From the NCBI GenBank assembly GCA_001642005.1, contig LWCA01000028.1, forward strand, positions 9,511 through 73,510: DNA of 64,000 nucleotides. Direction: 5' to 3'. Position numbers and translations under genes: made by a program. The notes beneath the pieces were generated by a model that saw only the letters and a program-made list of their open reading frames with translations, made no database searches and had not been told where the DNA came from. Shown one piece after another: positions 52,701-63,544 of this stretch (position 1 is its first letter; the number at the start of each line of letters is the position of its first letter). The DNA is from Intoshia linei. Its lineage: Eukaryota; Animalia; Orthonectida.

Positions 52701-55700
52701 ATAGTAAAATTCAGTATCCTTTTGAGCACCCTCGTAGAGTTTTCAAATAAAATATCATAAATTTATCTTTATCATTATGGACGAAACTGATTTAAATAGA
52801 TATAAGTACATTAATACTATGATCAGAACATTAGAAACACCTCAGACTGTAATATGATTGTAAAAATATTACAAGTAATATGAACGGACAAATGGTCATT
52901 CATACTCTTCATGATACACATAAAAATAATTAAACAAAACAATACAAAGAAACTTTTTAAAAGATAATTTTAAAAAATATTTGATTTTGTACTACAACAA
53001 ATAATACACATTTTATACATCTTTATTAATACTTAAATTAGAGATCGGAAACCTTTTGCATCTAGTAAACCACTTTTCTATTTTTTACAGGTGTATTAGA
53101 AATAGTAGATATGACTAACGGGTACTAAATTTAAAAAAGGTTATGAAACCCTGAATTAGATATTTACGGACATAAGACAACGCTGCTTGTTCTACAACAA
53201 CTATCTAATAATGGCAATAAAATTATGTTTTAAAATTTATAAAACGGTGCTACAACCGACAAGGCCACAGAAATATTATTATTATGGCGAATAAGAGATT
53301 TCACTATTTCAGACAGAGACAGTATTTCATCACTGTTTAGAAAAAAATTTAACAAAAAAAACAACACTACGTGAATTTTTTTGTTTTTATGGGTTAAAAA
53401 AAAATCGCCCTAATTATAACCTATCAAGATCTGATTAACCAATACGTAGACCAACATTTGACAACTACATTGGTTATCAAATCAGCTATTCCCGGACTCA
53501 CAAAATCAATTCAACGTTAATACTTAAAGTTAAAATAAGAGATTTTGCCAATCTAAGGTATCTAGAAATTTTCAACACAAAATTAAAAAAAATTAAATTG
53601 GTATATTCTTCATACTCAAAATCACTTTCCTTACTCTTGACAAATAAGATGAAAGCAATGATTGAATTTTTCCAACGTTTCAATTATACCAATCTCTACA
53701 AATATCACTCCATTTGATATTATTATAGAATGTTGACAGAATTTAGAGCCTACGCGTCATCCAAACAGCTGAAGATGGTGGCCGCTTGTGTAGACTTCTT
53801 GTTTATGGCGTCGCGAGATAAAACTTACACAGCTTTGAGACTGGCCGCAATAGCAACAAGGTATTATGAACATGCATCCTTATCATTGATGAAGGAGTTC
53901 ATGATTGAGGGACGCATGGATTCATGTTTATGGTTTCATTCAGTGGCATCCACAAATGTATCAGACGAGTTGTGGAAGATAATGGAAGATCCAGGGCTTA
54001 GTGAAAGAGACTCTCTTATACCATATTCAAAATCTATGATTATAGTAGCAAGAAGTCCATACTCATCGTCGGCGAATTCTTATTCTTATGTTAGCATGGC
54101 AACGTCCATGATTTCTATAGGACAAAGATGTTTATAAAAATTTGTTAAACGACATTGAAATTTGTAAAAACATTAATTCTAGTAATAAATATATATTTCA
54201 TTTTCAGCAATTACTCGTGTTTATCACAAACTTTATGTCTCAATTTAGTTATTGTTTAGTTACGCAATTTTTTTATGTATTTTTTAAATTTTCGTCTCTA
54301 AGCAATATTAGTACGTTAAAAATAGTGTCGCACAGTGCGACTCGCACTAGTTAAAATCACATCTTAGATTTAGAAAAATTTATGGTTCCTTATTTGAAAA
54401 GACAGGCATAGAATTCAATTAAAGACCCTCGCAATATATCTACCGCTATCGGATAATATACGAACTTACTTTCGCCTTTTAATTACCGATTCAAAACTGA
54501 TGTAATGAAGCATTTAAAATGGTATGGTACAGGCTTAACATTTGTGGAAGTATATAAACAAAATCTGTAACTACAATAAATACAGCAAGAATTAACCTGC
54601 AAAGATTACAGTCGTTATGATAGAAGAATATCATTATGGATGAGGAAAAATATAGAGCAGCCATGTTATTTAAAATGGGTAAACGCACGCTGTAAGGATT
54701 CACTACAAAAAAGAAACATATATAACAGCAATGATATAGGCGAGATCCCATGAAGCCGTAAAACTAATAGAAAATTTACAAACCTCAAAACAAGGGAAAC
54801 AATGTCTTGGTGCGATAACAACTATATTTCTAAAAAAAATAGCCCTGTATGAAACCACCAATTTTCTCACTGCAAAAAGATGGTCATTTCCAGAGATGGT
54901 GCAGTGGAAAATACGAAAACCTTAACGATATCAAATCCGGCTTAAATACATATATCGATGTCACCAATATCGAAGGCGAACAGGTAAATTTAGTGAAATG
55001 TATTATTGATACTAATGGAAACGAAAATATCATTAAAACAAACATAATTGTATTAAAGCTATTCACTCTCCCCAAAAATGTATAAAGGCGATTTGATCTT
55101 ACGTACTTACACTGCGTTCCAAGTTATTAGGTAAGTCACGTTTTGCCGAACACTATGGTTTACTGTTTATATTGATAATTTTTTTTGCTAAGTAATTAAA
55201 CTTATAATATTTTTTACGAGATTTAAGTTTTTTAAATTTTGTGTATCGTCAAAGAAAAAGTAATTAATTAACTTTTTTAATTAATTGATGTTCCAAATTA
55301 TTAGGTAAATAAATAATGGGGCAAAAAAAAAAAGACCTTACAAAGGACGAAAAAACCAAAATTACCAAACTTTTGAGCAAAGGTAATAGTCTTCACGAAA
55401 TTTTGCGTCAAAAATCGATAGGAATGTAAGGACGATAAAGAAATACACTTTGAACTCTGAACGAAAAAGGGCGCGAAAACCTAAAGGCGGTATCAAAGGA
55501 CTGACTACACGAGGATACCAAAGATTGTTGTTGAACTTGCAAAGAAACCATTATCATCATCAAAAAAACTTTTTCGTCAGCTGGTTTGTCTACAATCCCT
55601 CGAACATCAAGATGTCATGCACTAAATAGAATCGCAAAATCCGTTAAAGCCAAAACAAAACCACTTCTTAGCTAAACAACATAAACATAGAAGAGTCAAA

Positions 55701-58700
55701 TGGGCTCATAATTATATGAAGACCGATTTTTCGAAAGTTATATTCACGGATAAGTGCTGATCGACTTTAGATGGACCGGATGGGTGGACGAGAGGTTGGG
55801 TTTGTAAGGAGTGGGGACCGGTATACCGCCTTCGGAGACAACAAGGTGGTGGAGGTATCATGTTTTGAATGGCAATTGTAAGTGATAAGATTGTTGGACC
55901 ATTTAGACACACTGCAGGGCTAGAGTCGATAGGTTCACGCATATCCAGTTTTTAAAGGACAATTTCTTTCCATGGTATTCTCGACAGACACAAAAGTTCA
56001 AAAGGGGTCTAGTTTTTATGCAAGACAATGCACCATGTCACTCAGCTAATGATACCAAATCTTTTCTAGCATCAAAGCATTTCAAAAACTAAAAATTAAT
56101 GGTTTGGCCGGCTTTGTCACCTGATCTCAACTGCATTGAAAATATGTGCAAAGTGCAAAGTCCATTACCCCAGTACAAATAAAAATGTTGACCGGGTCGA
56201 TGGAAAATAGACTTCTGAAGATCGTAGAAAACGAAGGTGACTACATCAACTACTAATTAATATATTTCTTTTTTTATAGTGTTGTTTGTTTAATTAGTTT
56301 AATTTAATTTAATTATTTAACATTAAATGTTATTTTGGATACATATTTATGTTTTGTAAGAGCAATTAATAAGTTAAAGTGATTAATTGTATAACTTACC
56401 TAATAATTTGGAACGGTCAAAAACCAATATATTTTAAAAACTCGTCAAATAATTTTACTATTTTTCTGAAATTTCGAAGATGTTCTTTCACAAGGTCTAC
56501 GAGTTAACGTAAAAAAATTGTTAAATTTTAACAGCTTAAAATCAGTGAAATGCCACATTTCAACACTTACATAATAATTTGGAACGTAGTGTACACAAAC
56601 ACCATAATTCCATATCAAGGTTGCATTAACCTAATTTTTCCAGATAAAAGCAGAACATTTAATTTTTATATAACCAATGGTCCCAATGTCCTAAGCTGCA
56701 AAACATCGTTGCAAATGAAATTTTGCAAACAAATTTCAAATGAAATGAATTAAAACAGTAGACCAGTCGACAATGAAACCTAAAGCAGTTTAGTATATCG
56801 ATGCAGTCGATTCAGCAACAATATCTCCCATCTATAAAAATATTTTCGTCAAATTTCGGTACGTACTATCTAATTACAAATGTACGAGCAATACCGGCAT
56901 TCACTCAATACCGTTAAGGAAGACACCGGTTATAAAGGACCCATATACACTTATTTATCAAATTTTTCTCGATAATTCTCGAGAAATTGCAAGCTCTAGT
57001 TGTAATGCTTTAACCCAGATGGAGTACGTCAATTAAATAAAATTAGACAAAGATTTCATTTGCACAGACCCCCTAAAGTTGTATTTAGAAAGTCAATTTT
57101 TAAAATAAAAATCTTTACTAATAATAACTCTTCTAAATAGATATAACAAGAGTTTATACCATTTGGAAGGGTTTGCTGATTTCGAATGAAAAAAAAAAAT
57201 GGAAAGTAAATTTTTCATCATAAATTGAAGGCTCTGAAAACCATTAATGCTTCCAATGGAGAAAATGTGTATAATTTCTCGAATGCTACCCTACAAGGTC
57301 CTCAAGGTTTAATATAAATACACCTAAATCTCGAGTTTTTATCAGGGTGGAATTTTCAGTAAATTATTTTGTATAATATTAAAAATTACCACAACGACTT
57401 TTCTGTAAACTTGAATGGCATTTTTACATTCAGTATAAGGATAACGATCGGTAGCCATTTCTACAACACACATACCAAAAGAATAAATATCGACCAATTC
57501 ATCATAATTTTCACTATATATTTCTGGAGCCATAAATTGAGGTGTACCGATAATGGACTTGACATGATCATTTTTTTTAATCCCGGCCAATCCTAAATCA
57601 CCAATTTTAACTGTTCCAGTAGACCCAGAAATGAAAATATTATCGCATTTTAAATCACGATGAATGATTGGTGGTTCTTGGTTATGTAAAAAGTTTAAAC
57701 CGAGAAGAATTTGCTTACTCCAACTCCTAATAAGCTTTCTAGATACAGGTGCTAAACTTTTAATATACGCCTTGAGGGTTCCTGAAGTGAGTAAATCAGT
57801 CACCAACACAAGATCTCCCCGTCTTCGTTCACTATTCCAAAAGTCATGATATTGAACAATATTATTGTGACTAATCCGTTTGAGCAAACGTGCCTCTTTG
57901 ATAAAAAGCATAACAACCTCTTTTGACCACGCTTTACTATGTAATTCACACCAAGCAAGATAGATTCCAGTTTCCGTGTCCAGACAAGGGTAAACAATTT
58001 TATACGAACCTCTTCCCACTGCAACTTTAAAACGCAGGAAACGGCCACAGGGAGACATTAATTTATCATCGTTTTTTTTATCGACGAAATCGTTTTCTTC
58101 AATATCCACTTCAAAATCGATAAATTCATCTGGGTTTTGAACTTCAATGATTATAGAATTATCTGAATCGTCCTCATCGTTTGTTTTGAAAATAATTTCG
58201 TTTAAAATAGCCATAGCTTTTGATTTACTGATATTTTTCCCACCAATATTAGCCTTGAGTCTAAACATTTCATTTTTAATTTTTTTCAATCTACTGTATT
58301 TGAAAACTTTTCGATCACAACTTCGTATCTTTAAAGAATTTCTCATAATATTCATTTGGTGCCAATTGCAGACTTGTGATGAATCATTTTTTAATTGACA
58401 ACCACACACAATTAATCTTTTTACAACAATTTCACGTCCATTACGGTCAATGCCTTTTTTTTCTAGCCATTCGGTAGTTATGTCATGCATTGAACTAGAC
58501 ATATTTTTGGATTTAAGACAATTGTATTTACTGAGTTCCAGAAGATTGAATTCTTCAAAATTAATGCTTCTTTCGGTTAAACTAATAATGTTTATGTTGT
58601 TACACGTTGGAGCGTAAAAGTAACTTTGATCTTGCATTCGTTCTTTCAATATTGGATCAGCGTATCGAACCGTGTCCACGAAATCGTTTGAAGGGTCACT

Positions 58701-59140
58701 GAAATATGCCTCATCGCCTTCTTTATGCTTAAAAAATCTCTTTTTTCGTTTTCGCCAGGCGTGCAGGCCTGTATCTTTGGTATTGACGCATTCATTAATA
58801 TCATAAATCATTGGAATGAAAAGTTTGCCATCTAAAGAAATATTTCTATACTCAAAATCGGAAAAGGATTTTGTAATTTTTAGAATTCCGTTAGTATCGG
58901 TTTTCTCAAAAAATACTTCAGCTTGTTTACCTAAAAACGACACTATAAAATGAATTTTTCAAAATACATACCATCAGTAGTCATCTTTCTGTTTTTTGCA
59001 GTATTGTTAAACACAAACATGCCCTTGCGAGTGTTGTAATAAATTTTCATTTCTGATTTTAAATTTCTCTTTTTCTTTGTCTTTTTAAGTGTTTTTTTGA
59101 CGTTAAAACGTCCCGTTTTAACTGGCTCCATATCTGACAT
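43714..59140 (-). CDS. WNK: WNK (With-No-Lysine) serine/threonine kinase, multi-exon
   Basis: GRGSYKIVY (Lys in subdomain I), [28 protein letters not shown] and [10 protein letters not shown]. The kinase resumes after a 6.8 kb intron (GIKP.. at 50612). Later exons, in phase where checked, include a C-terminal coiled coil ([22 protein letters not shown]) and a Q/N/Y/P-rich last exon ending at 43714. First exon 59140-58972. Confidence 0.88.
45164..45339. mobile_element. Foldback MITE with about 56-bp TIRs and 5-bp TSD
   Basis: ccaaggacagtttaaaccaagacgaaatacgaggcgttctagtaaaaaagattgtg is matched by its reverse complement at the right end. tacat flanks both sides. Confidence 0.8.
48220..48922. 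mobile_element. Probable hAT non-autonomous element in a WNK intron
   Basis: Ends tggtggccaaacacggcccgcg ... tttagctaccactg resemble hAT TIRs and subterminal motifs. Confidence 0.45.
50729..51125 (+). mobile_element. hAT/Buster remnant in the WNK intron
   Basis: Terminus cagtgattcttaacct. Coding relic [29 protein letters not shown]. Confidence 0.8.
51976..52575 (+). mobile_element. BED-zinc-finger transposase remnant (hAT-related)
   Basis: [11 protein letters not shown]...[11 protein letters not shown] (BED finger), followed by a [17 protein letters not shown] transposase core motif. Internally deleted. Confidence 0.7.
53230..53620 (+). mobile_element. Possible heavily decayed Ty3/Gypsy integrase fragment
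   Basis: [11 protein letters not shown] resembles the integrase IVSDRGxxFTS motif. DLINQYVD / [13 protein letters not shown] and VKIRDF resemble the post-catalytic and C-terminal integrase regions. Frameshifted. Confidence 0.4.
53730..54137 (+). other. Endogenous viral element: rhabdovirus-like nucleoprotein (N) fragment
   Basis: [11 protein letters not shown]...[16 protein letters not shown]...[13 protein letters not shown]...[23 protein letters not shown] aligns motif by motif with vesiculovirus/lyssavirus N (KIVAAVDMFF, RYGTIVSRFKDCAAL, VADEMVQMM, DSYMPY, SPYSS). Intronless and richer in GC than its flanks. Confidence 0.85.
54327..54351 (+). mobile_element. Helitron-like 3' terminus (GC hairpin plus CTAG|T)
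   Basis: gtcgcac-a-gtgcgac palindrome followed 5 nt later by ctag and t. Confidence 0.55.
54361..54720 (+). other. Endogenous viral element: nodavirus-like RdRp (protein A) fragment, pseudogenised
   Basis: One frame with four stops reads [49 protein letters not shown]...[29 protein letters not shown]. This matches Nodaviridae motif F (PRNIST..LS.FTY.FK..V....WY) and motif A (DYSxxDG..S.WM..NI). Confidence 0.85.
54790..55109 (+). mobile_element. Ty3/Gypsy (Mag-like) gag zinc knuckles and protease N-half, decayed
   Basis: SWC...SHCKKxGHFQRWC double CCHC knuckle relic, then [14 protein letters not shown] (retropepsin DTG-like). Interrupted at a TA by the Tc1 element. Confidence 0.65.
55110..56591 (+). 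mobile_element. Near full-length, inactivated Tc1-like transposon with both TIRs, DD37E (TRT-like), IR/DR ends
   Basis: TA|cactgcgttccaagttattaggtaagt ... acttacataataatttggaacgtagtg|TA, with inner repeats at about 55290 and 56400. Transposase VIFTD..LDGPDGW...QDNAPCH...SPDLNCIEN has 37 residues between D and E, plus stops and frameshifts. Confidence 0.92.
56592..56950 (+). mobile_element. Continuation of the Gypsy protease and start of RT after the Tc1 insertion
   Basis: [14 protein letters not shown]...[11 protein letters not shown] (protease C-half), later [17 protein letters not shown] (RT N-terminal-like). Confidence 0.55.
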
Positions 59141-59789
59141 GCTAAATTGATTTATTTTTAATTATTATTGTAAATTACTTAAAAGGTAAATAACTATATT
59201 TACAATCTCAAATTAAATAGCCACATTTGAAAAAAAGCATATTTTCAAACAAATCCGAGTCTTGACAAAATTTATATGGTTATCCAAATAAAAGTATATT
59301 CAAACACTGCGAACTGGTTTGTTTGAATACATAGTTCAATTTACAATTTGAGGCCATTATTTTTCAATTTGCAATTTGAAATTTGCGAATGTAAACAAAT
59401 ATATGAGTATAACATTGATTTTGGATATAATTTAAACGCACACATGTGTAGAGTATTTAGTTCATAGCATTATTACTTCAATTGTACCAATGTATACTTT
59501 GATACAATTTATGTATCGATTTAGTTCTACTTTTAATATTTGAATTTGCATATTAATTTACTCGTGGACTCTCATTTAAATTTTAAATGAATCAAATCAA
59601 AAATGACTCAATTGAATTAAACTGTTAAGAAATTTTTATTCCACTTTTAAATTTACGACTGATTTTGTACCAAAACTTCATTTCATTTTTAAATTAAATT
59701 ATGTACTTTTTTTGAGCAAAGCCATTTATTCATTCCAAAAATTCTAAAGTTCATTTATTAATGGGCGTTCAATGTTGCTTCATTTAAAC

Positions 59790-60040
59790 TCTTAAATAGG
59801 GAGTTGAAGATGTCATCTACAACATTTGTTGATTGGTAAAAGTTTATGAGAGATATTTTTATCTCAATGATTATAGATTATCCAGAAAGGATTGGGGGGG
59901 GGGCATGCAGTGAGGTTCAAATTGACGAAAATCAATTGTCAAAAAGAAAGTACAACGTGGACAATTATACCCAGAATAGAAATGATACAGATGTAAATAG
60001 ATTGAATCATTTTATACAACATAAATTCTGGAATGATTTT
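59790..60040 (+). mobile_element. Merlin/IS1595 (ISXO2-like) transposase remnant
   Basis: STTFVDW*KFMRD...IGGG..EVQIDENQLSKRKYN matches the Merlin consensus TIVDW..F.RE...IGG.G..VEIDES.F.KRKYN. Confidence 0.75.
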
Positions 60041-60885
60041 TAAATTCATAAACATTATCATAAATGGTAAACTCAAAAAAGGTATTTTAACGGTTAAAAA
60101 CCCAGATGACCCTTTTTTTAAAAATGAAAACCGCCCTAGAATTTTAAAATTTTTTTCATTGCACGCAATTTTAATTAATTATTTCACATTTTTTGTTTTA
60201 ATAAAATATGAATACTAAAGTGATTTTTTGACCGTGAAGGCGTCACTTATTCAGATTGAAATTTATTGTGTGTGTTAACAGGATACAACTGTACCATCTC
60301 TAATTTTTTTAAAACCTAGAGCTGTTTTCATTTAAAAAAAAATAATAATTTGGGGTTTTGATCGTGAAAATTATCTCTTTTAAGGTTTCCATTTATGATA
60401 ATGTTTATGATTTTAAAAAATAACTCCGAATTTATATTTTATAAAGTTTTAGAACATGTTTCATTTTTAAAACAAAGGGTAATTCGGTGCTTTGACTATG
60501 AAGGTATGCGTTTCAGTATGCTGAAATTTACTACAATATTAATGATTTTAAAACGCGTCGCATAATTTATGTTTTATTACATTTTTTGACTGACTTTATT
60601 TTTAAACTAAAAGGCAAATTGGGTTTTTGACTTTGAAGATGTAAGTGTCTGAGACAGATATCTACGATAGTGTTAATGACTTTAAAACGCGTAGAAGTAC
60701 CTGTTTTTTAAATTTTAGGGCTGGTTAGAGCTTCGACAGAGCTAGATGCTGTTTTTACGAAGTATATAACAGTGAAACCCAAGGAATAAAATATTATTTT
60801 GTGAGTTATAAACTTTACATATCATTTATGCCACCTGTATTTTATAGCCAAGCACAACCATCATTTAACATAAGATTTATTAGAA

Positions 60886-61047
60886 TATAGAGTTTTACGA
60901 TCTTTCACATCAGTTTAGCATTGAATCGAGTCATGTTTGCAAAGAATGAAGTCAATACAGAAGTTTATAATATAGCAAGTCAATTCAAATCATGTTACAT
61001 AACTCGACTCAATGCAAACATGACTTGAAAGATCGTAAAACTCTATA
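60886..61047. mobile_element. Short MITE with perfect 22-bp inverted ends
   Basis: tatagagttttacgatctttca ... tgaaagatcgtaaaactctata, plus an inner imperfect inverted repeat. Confidence 0.75.
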
Positions 61048-62339
61048 AATAGAATGAAATAAACATCTATTTTTACGAAACATAAAAAATTCACTTACCC
61101 CAATCATCATTTACGATTATTCAAATTTGTTATACTTCGAACAAATACAAATACTTGAAAGGCTATATATCCTGATATGACAGCGATCAAGATTTACTAT
61201 AAACATAAATAATTACATTAATTTTCGCCAAAACTAAAGTAAGGTCAAATTTTTAAAACAATTCGATTTCAGTAATTTTAATATTGACATACTCTGTCAC
61301 ATAAGAAAATTTACAAATCATAAACACAGAAACGTATATTTGTGTGTACAATGTACACTGAACAGGATACAACTGTACAACCTGTAAATTTTTTGACATT
61401 CTAGGGCTGTTTTCATTAAAAAAAGAAGGGTAATTTGGGGTTTTGGCCTTGAAGATATAATTTTTTTAAATTTAAATTTATGATAATGTTTATGATTTTA
61501 AAATCCGCATCAGCGTATATATTTTTTAAATTCTTCAACTCGTTTGATTTTTCAAAAGAGGGACAACTGGGGTTTTTGACCCGTAAGATTTGAAATTGAG
61601 AGGTTGGAATTTATCTTATTAAACGTTCCGAGAAAAACTGTAATTGATGTTTTACTTAAATGCCAGGCTATCTTCAATATTCGTTGAAATGCATTAATAT
61701 TTTGGAAATGTCATTTTTTTTACTTGATCACTATTATACCTAAGGATGTTCAAAAATATAATTTTTAATTTTTTTTAAGACACTATAATCTACATTGTAC
61801 AGGTAATGATCTCCATTTAATTTGCTGCGGAATAATGTAATTTATTTTCATTGTGATCAAAAAAAAACTCCGCGTTTTTACCTTTTTGTTTTATCAACAT
61901 TATTCATGGTAAAAAAATGTTTTCATTTCCTTAATATTCGAATATGTCAAACATGACACTAATTGTGCTGATTATAAATATAATTTATTATATTTATTTT
62001 AAAACTTAAATGGATTTGTCAGTGGATGTTTTGCAAATAAAAGTCAAATAACAGGATAACTCGTACACCCGATTGCCGACTCTGGTGTTATCTAATTTTT
62101 GGAATTTTAACCTTTATATTTTCTCATTTCAATACAATCGATTAGGCGTTAATTTTTTAATGTTTGGATATTGGAAGAATCTTCAATGATGTTACAAATA
62201 GAAACCTAGATAACGCGTCAAATTAAAAGTATCTATAGAGAAATTGTGTTTCTGATATTTTAAGTTTATAAATAATCCATGTAAAAGCCATTAGTTTAAA
62301 AAATATAGATAAAATTTATTTATTTTGTTAAAACAAAAC

Positions 62340-63466
62340 ATGGACGATCCAACCACATCTTTTTTGCCTGTTACATCTCAAGATGCGAACATATTGATAA
62401 CTGAAAACATTGATCATTATGATATGGATAAGTTTTTAGCGATACCCATCGAAACTCATAATACTGCGAATTCACGACCAAGTGACTATCTAAAAAAAGT
62501 TAATATTAAATATGCCGAAAAATCGAGACCTCACGCTGTTGCAAGGTTCATTCATTGTATTCTATTATCAAATTACTTTTTTTTTTTAATTTAAATCTTA
62601 GAATTTGTCAATTTGCTGTAAATAAAATTCAACTAAAAAATGAATTTATCAAAAATTGTGCAGATTCAAATGGCACTTTTGCATTTGTTATTGCTTTAAA
62701 AATGAAGGTTTGTAATATATTTACGTATCCGTCCGTCGGGAGTTTCAGTCAATATAAAAGTGTGTTTGAATAAAAATTCTCATTACATGGAATGTGAATT
62801 ATTGAATATTACTAACCCTAAAGAAGAATTCATCTGTATCACCCATACCATTCGTAGATAACATCACTTCTTTTGACTAAGTTGAAACTTTTGTAAGTAA
62901 AAATGGTACTCAATAATTATAATTATAATTATCATAATTAACATTTTAGTATTAATTCCAATAATTCCATTTGAGGAAAGATAAATATTCAGATTTAAGA
63001 TTTTGATTTTATTTTGATAAATTTTTAAAATGAAAAAGGTATCAATGTGCAAAATGGCTTTTTCTCTAAAAAAGTGTCGATGCTTTAGTACTACATATTA
63101 CATTATATTTACTACATAAATTATTTGTAATTTTTTATCTGATTTAAAGTTTAGAGAACTCGTCGTTCAGTAAAATCAAGAGAAATAATAGTAAATATTA
63201 AAGAAAATTTGGATTTACATTGCGACGTTTTGATTACGTTTGCATATTGGCACATGATAAAATTTACATCGGGGTTATCTACATTGGAAGTATTTTTGCA
63301 ACAGAAAAATCGATACATAAAACGACGTGTTTTTGGTTATAAAAACATTGCAATCGGAACAATTTGCATGGATACCCTTCTACAAAAAGGGAAATCTACC
63401 ATGTCATTAAAAATGTTACCTTTTTTTAAAGAAAGTTGTGATCTATTTTCAATATTACACATTAAA
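62340..63466 (+). CDS. PACS: Phosphofurin acidic cluster sorting protein, 5' part (continues beyond window)
   Basis: AVARICQFAVNKI...FVIALKMK|RTRRSVKSREI...FAYWHMIK...LEVFLQQKNRYIKRRVFGYKNIAIGTICM matches the PACS1/2 furin-binding region (VIAVK..KRILRSNEI, YPHFLK, LQRRKRY....GYKTLAVG.INM). Confidence 0.85.
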
Positions 63467-63544
63467 GTTTGTACTAAACCTTATAACAAAAGTTTACTCA
63501 AGTCACGTAATTATTTTATTATAAACTAGGTTGACTGTTATGTA

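Noticed and set aside
53620-53714. Upstream extension of the rhabdovirus N ([11 protein letters not shown] resembles VSV GLTNQCKMINE)
   Set aside because: In frame, but the similarity is too weak and adjoins integrase-like sequence; left unassigned pending a profile search.
54491-54751. 86-aa minus-strand ORF
   Set aside because: Antisense of the nodavirus RdRp relic.
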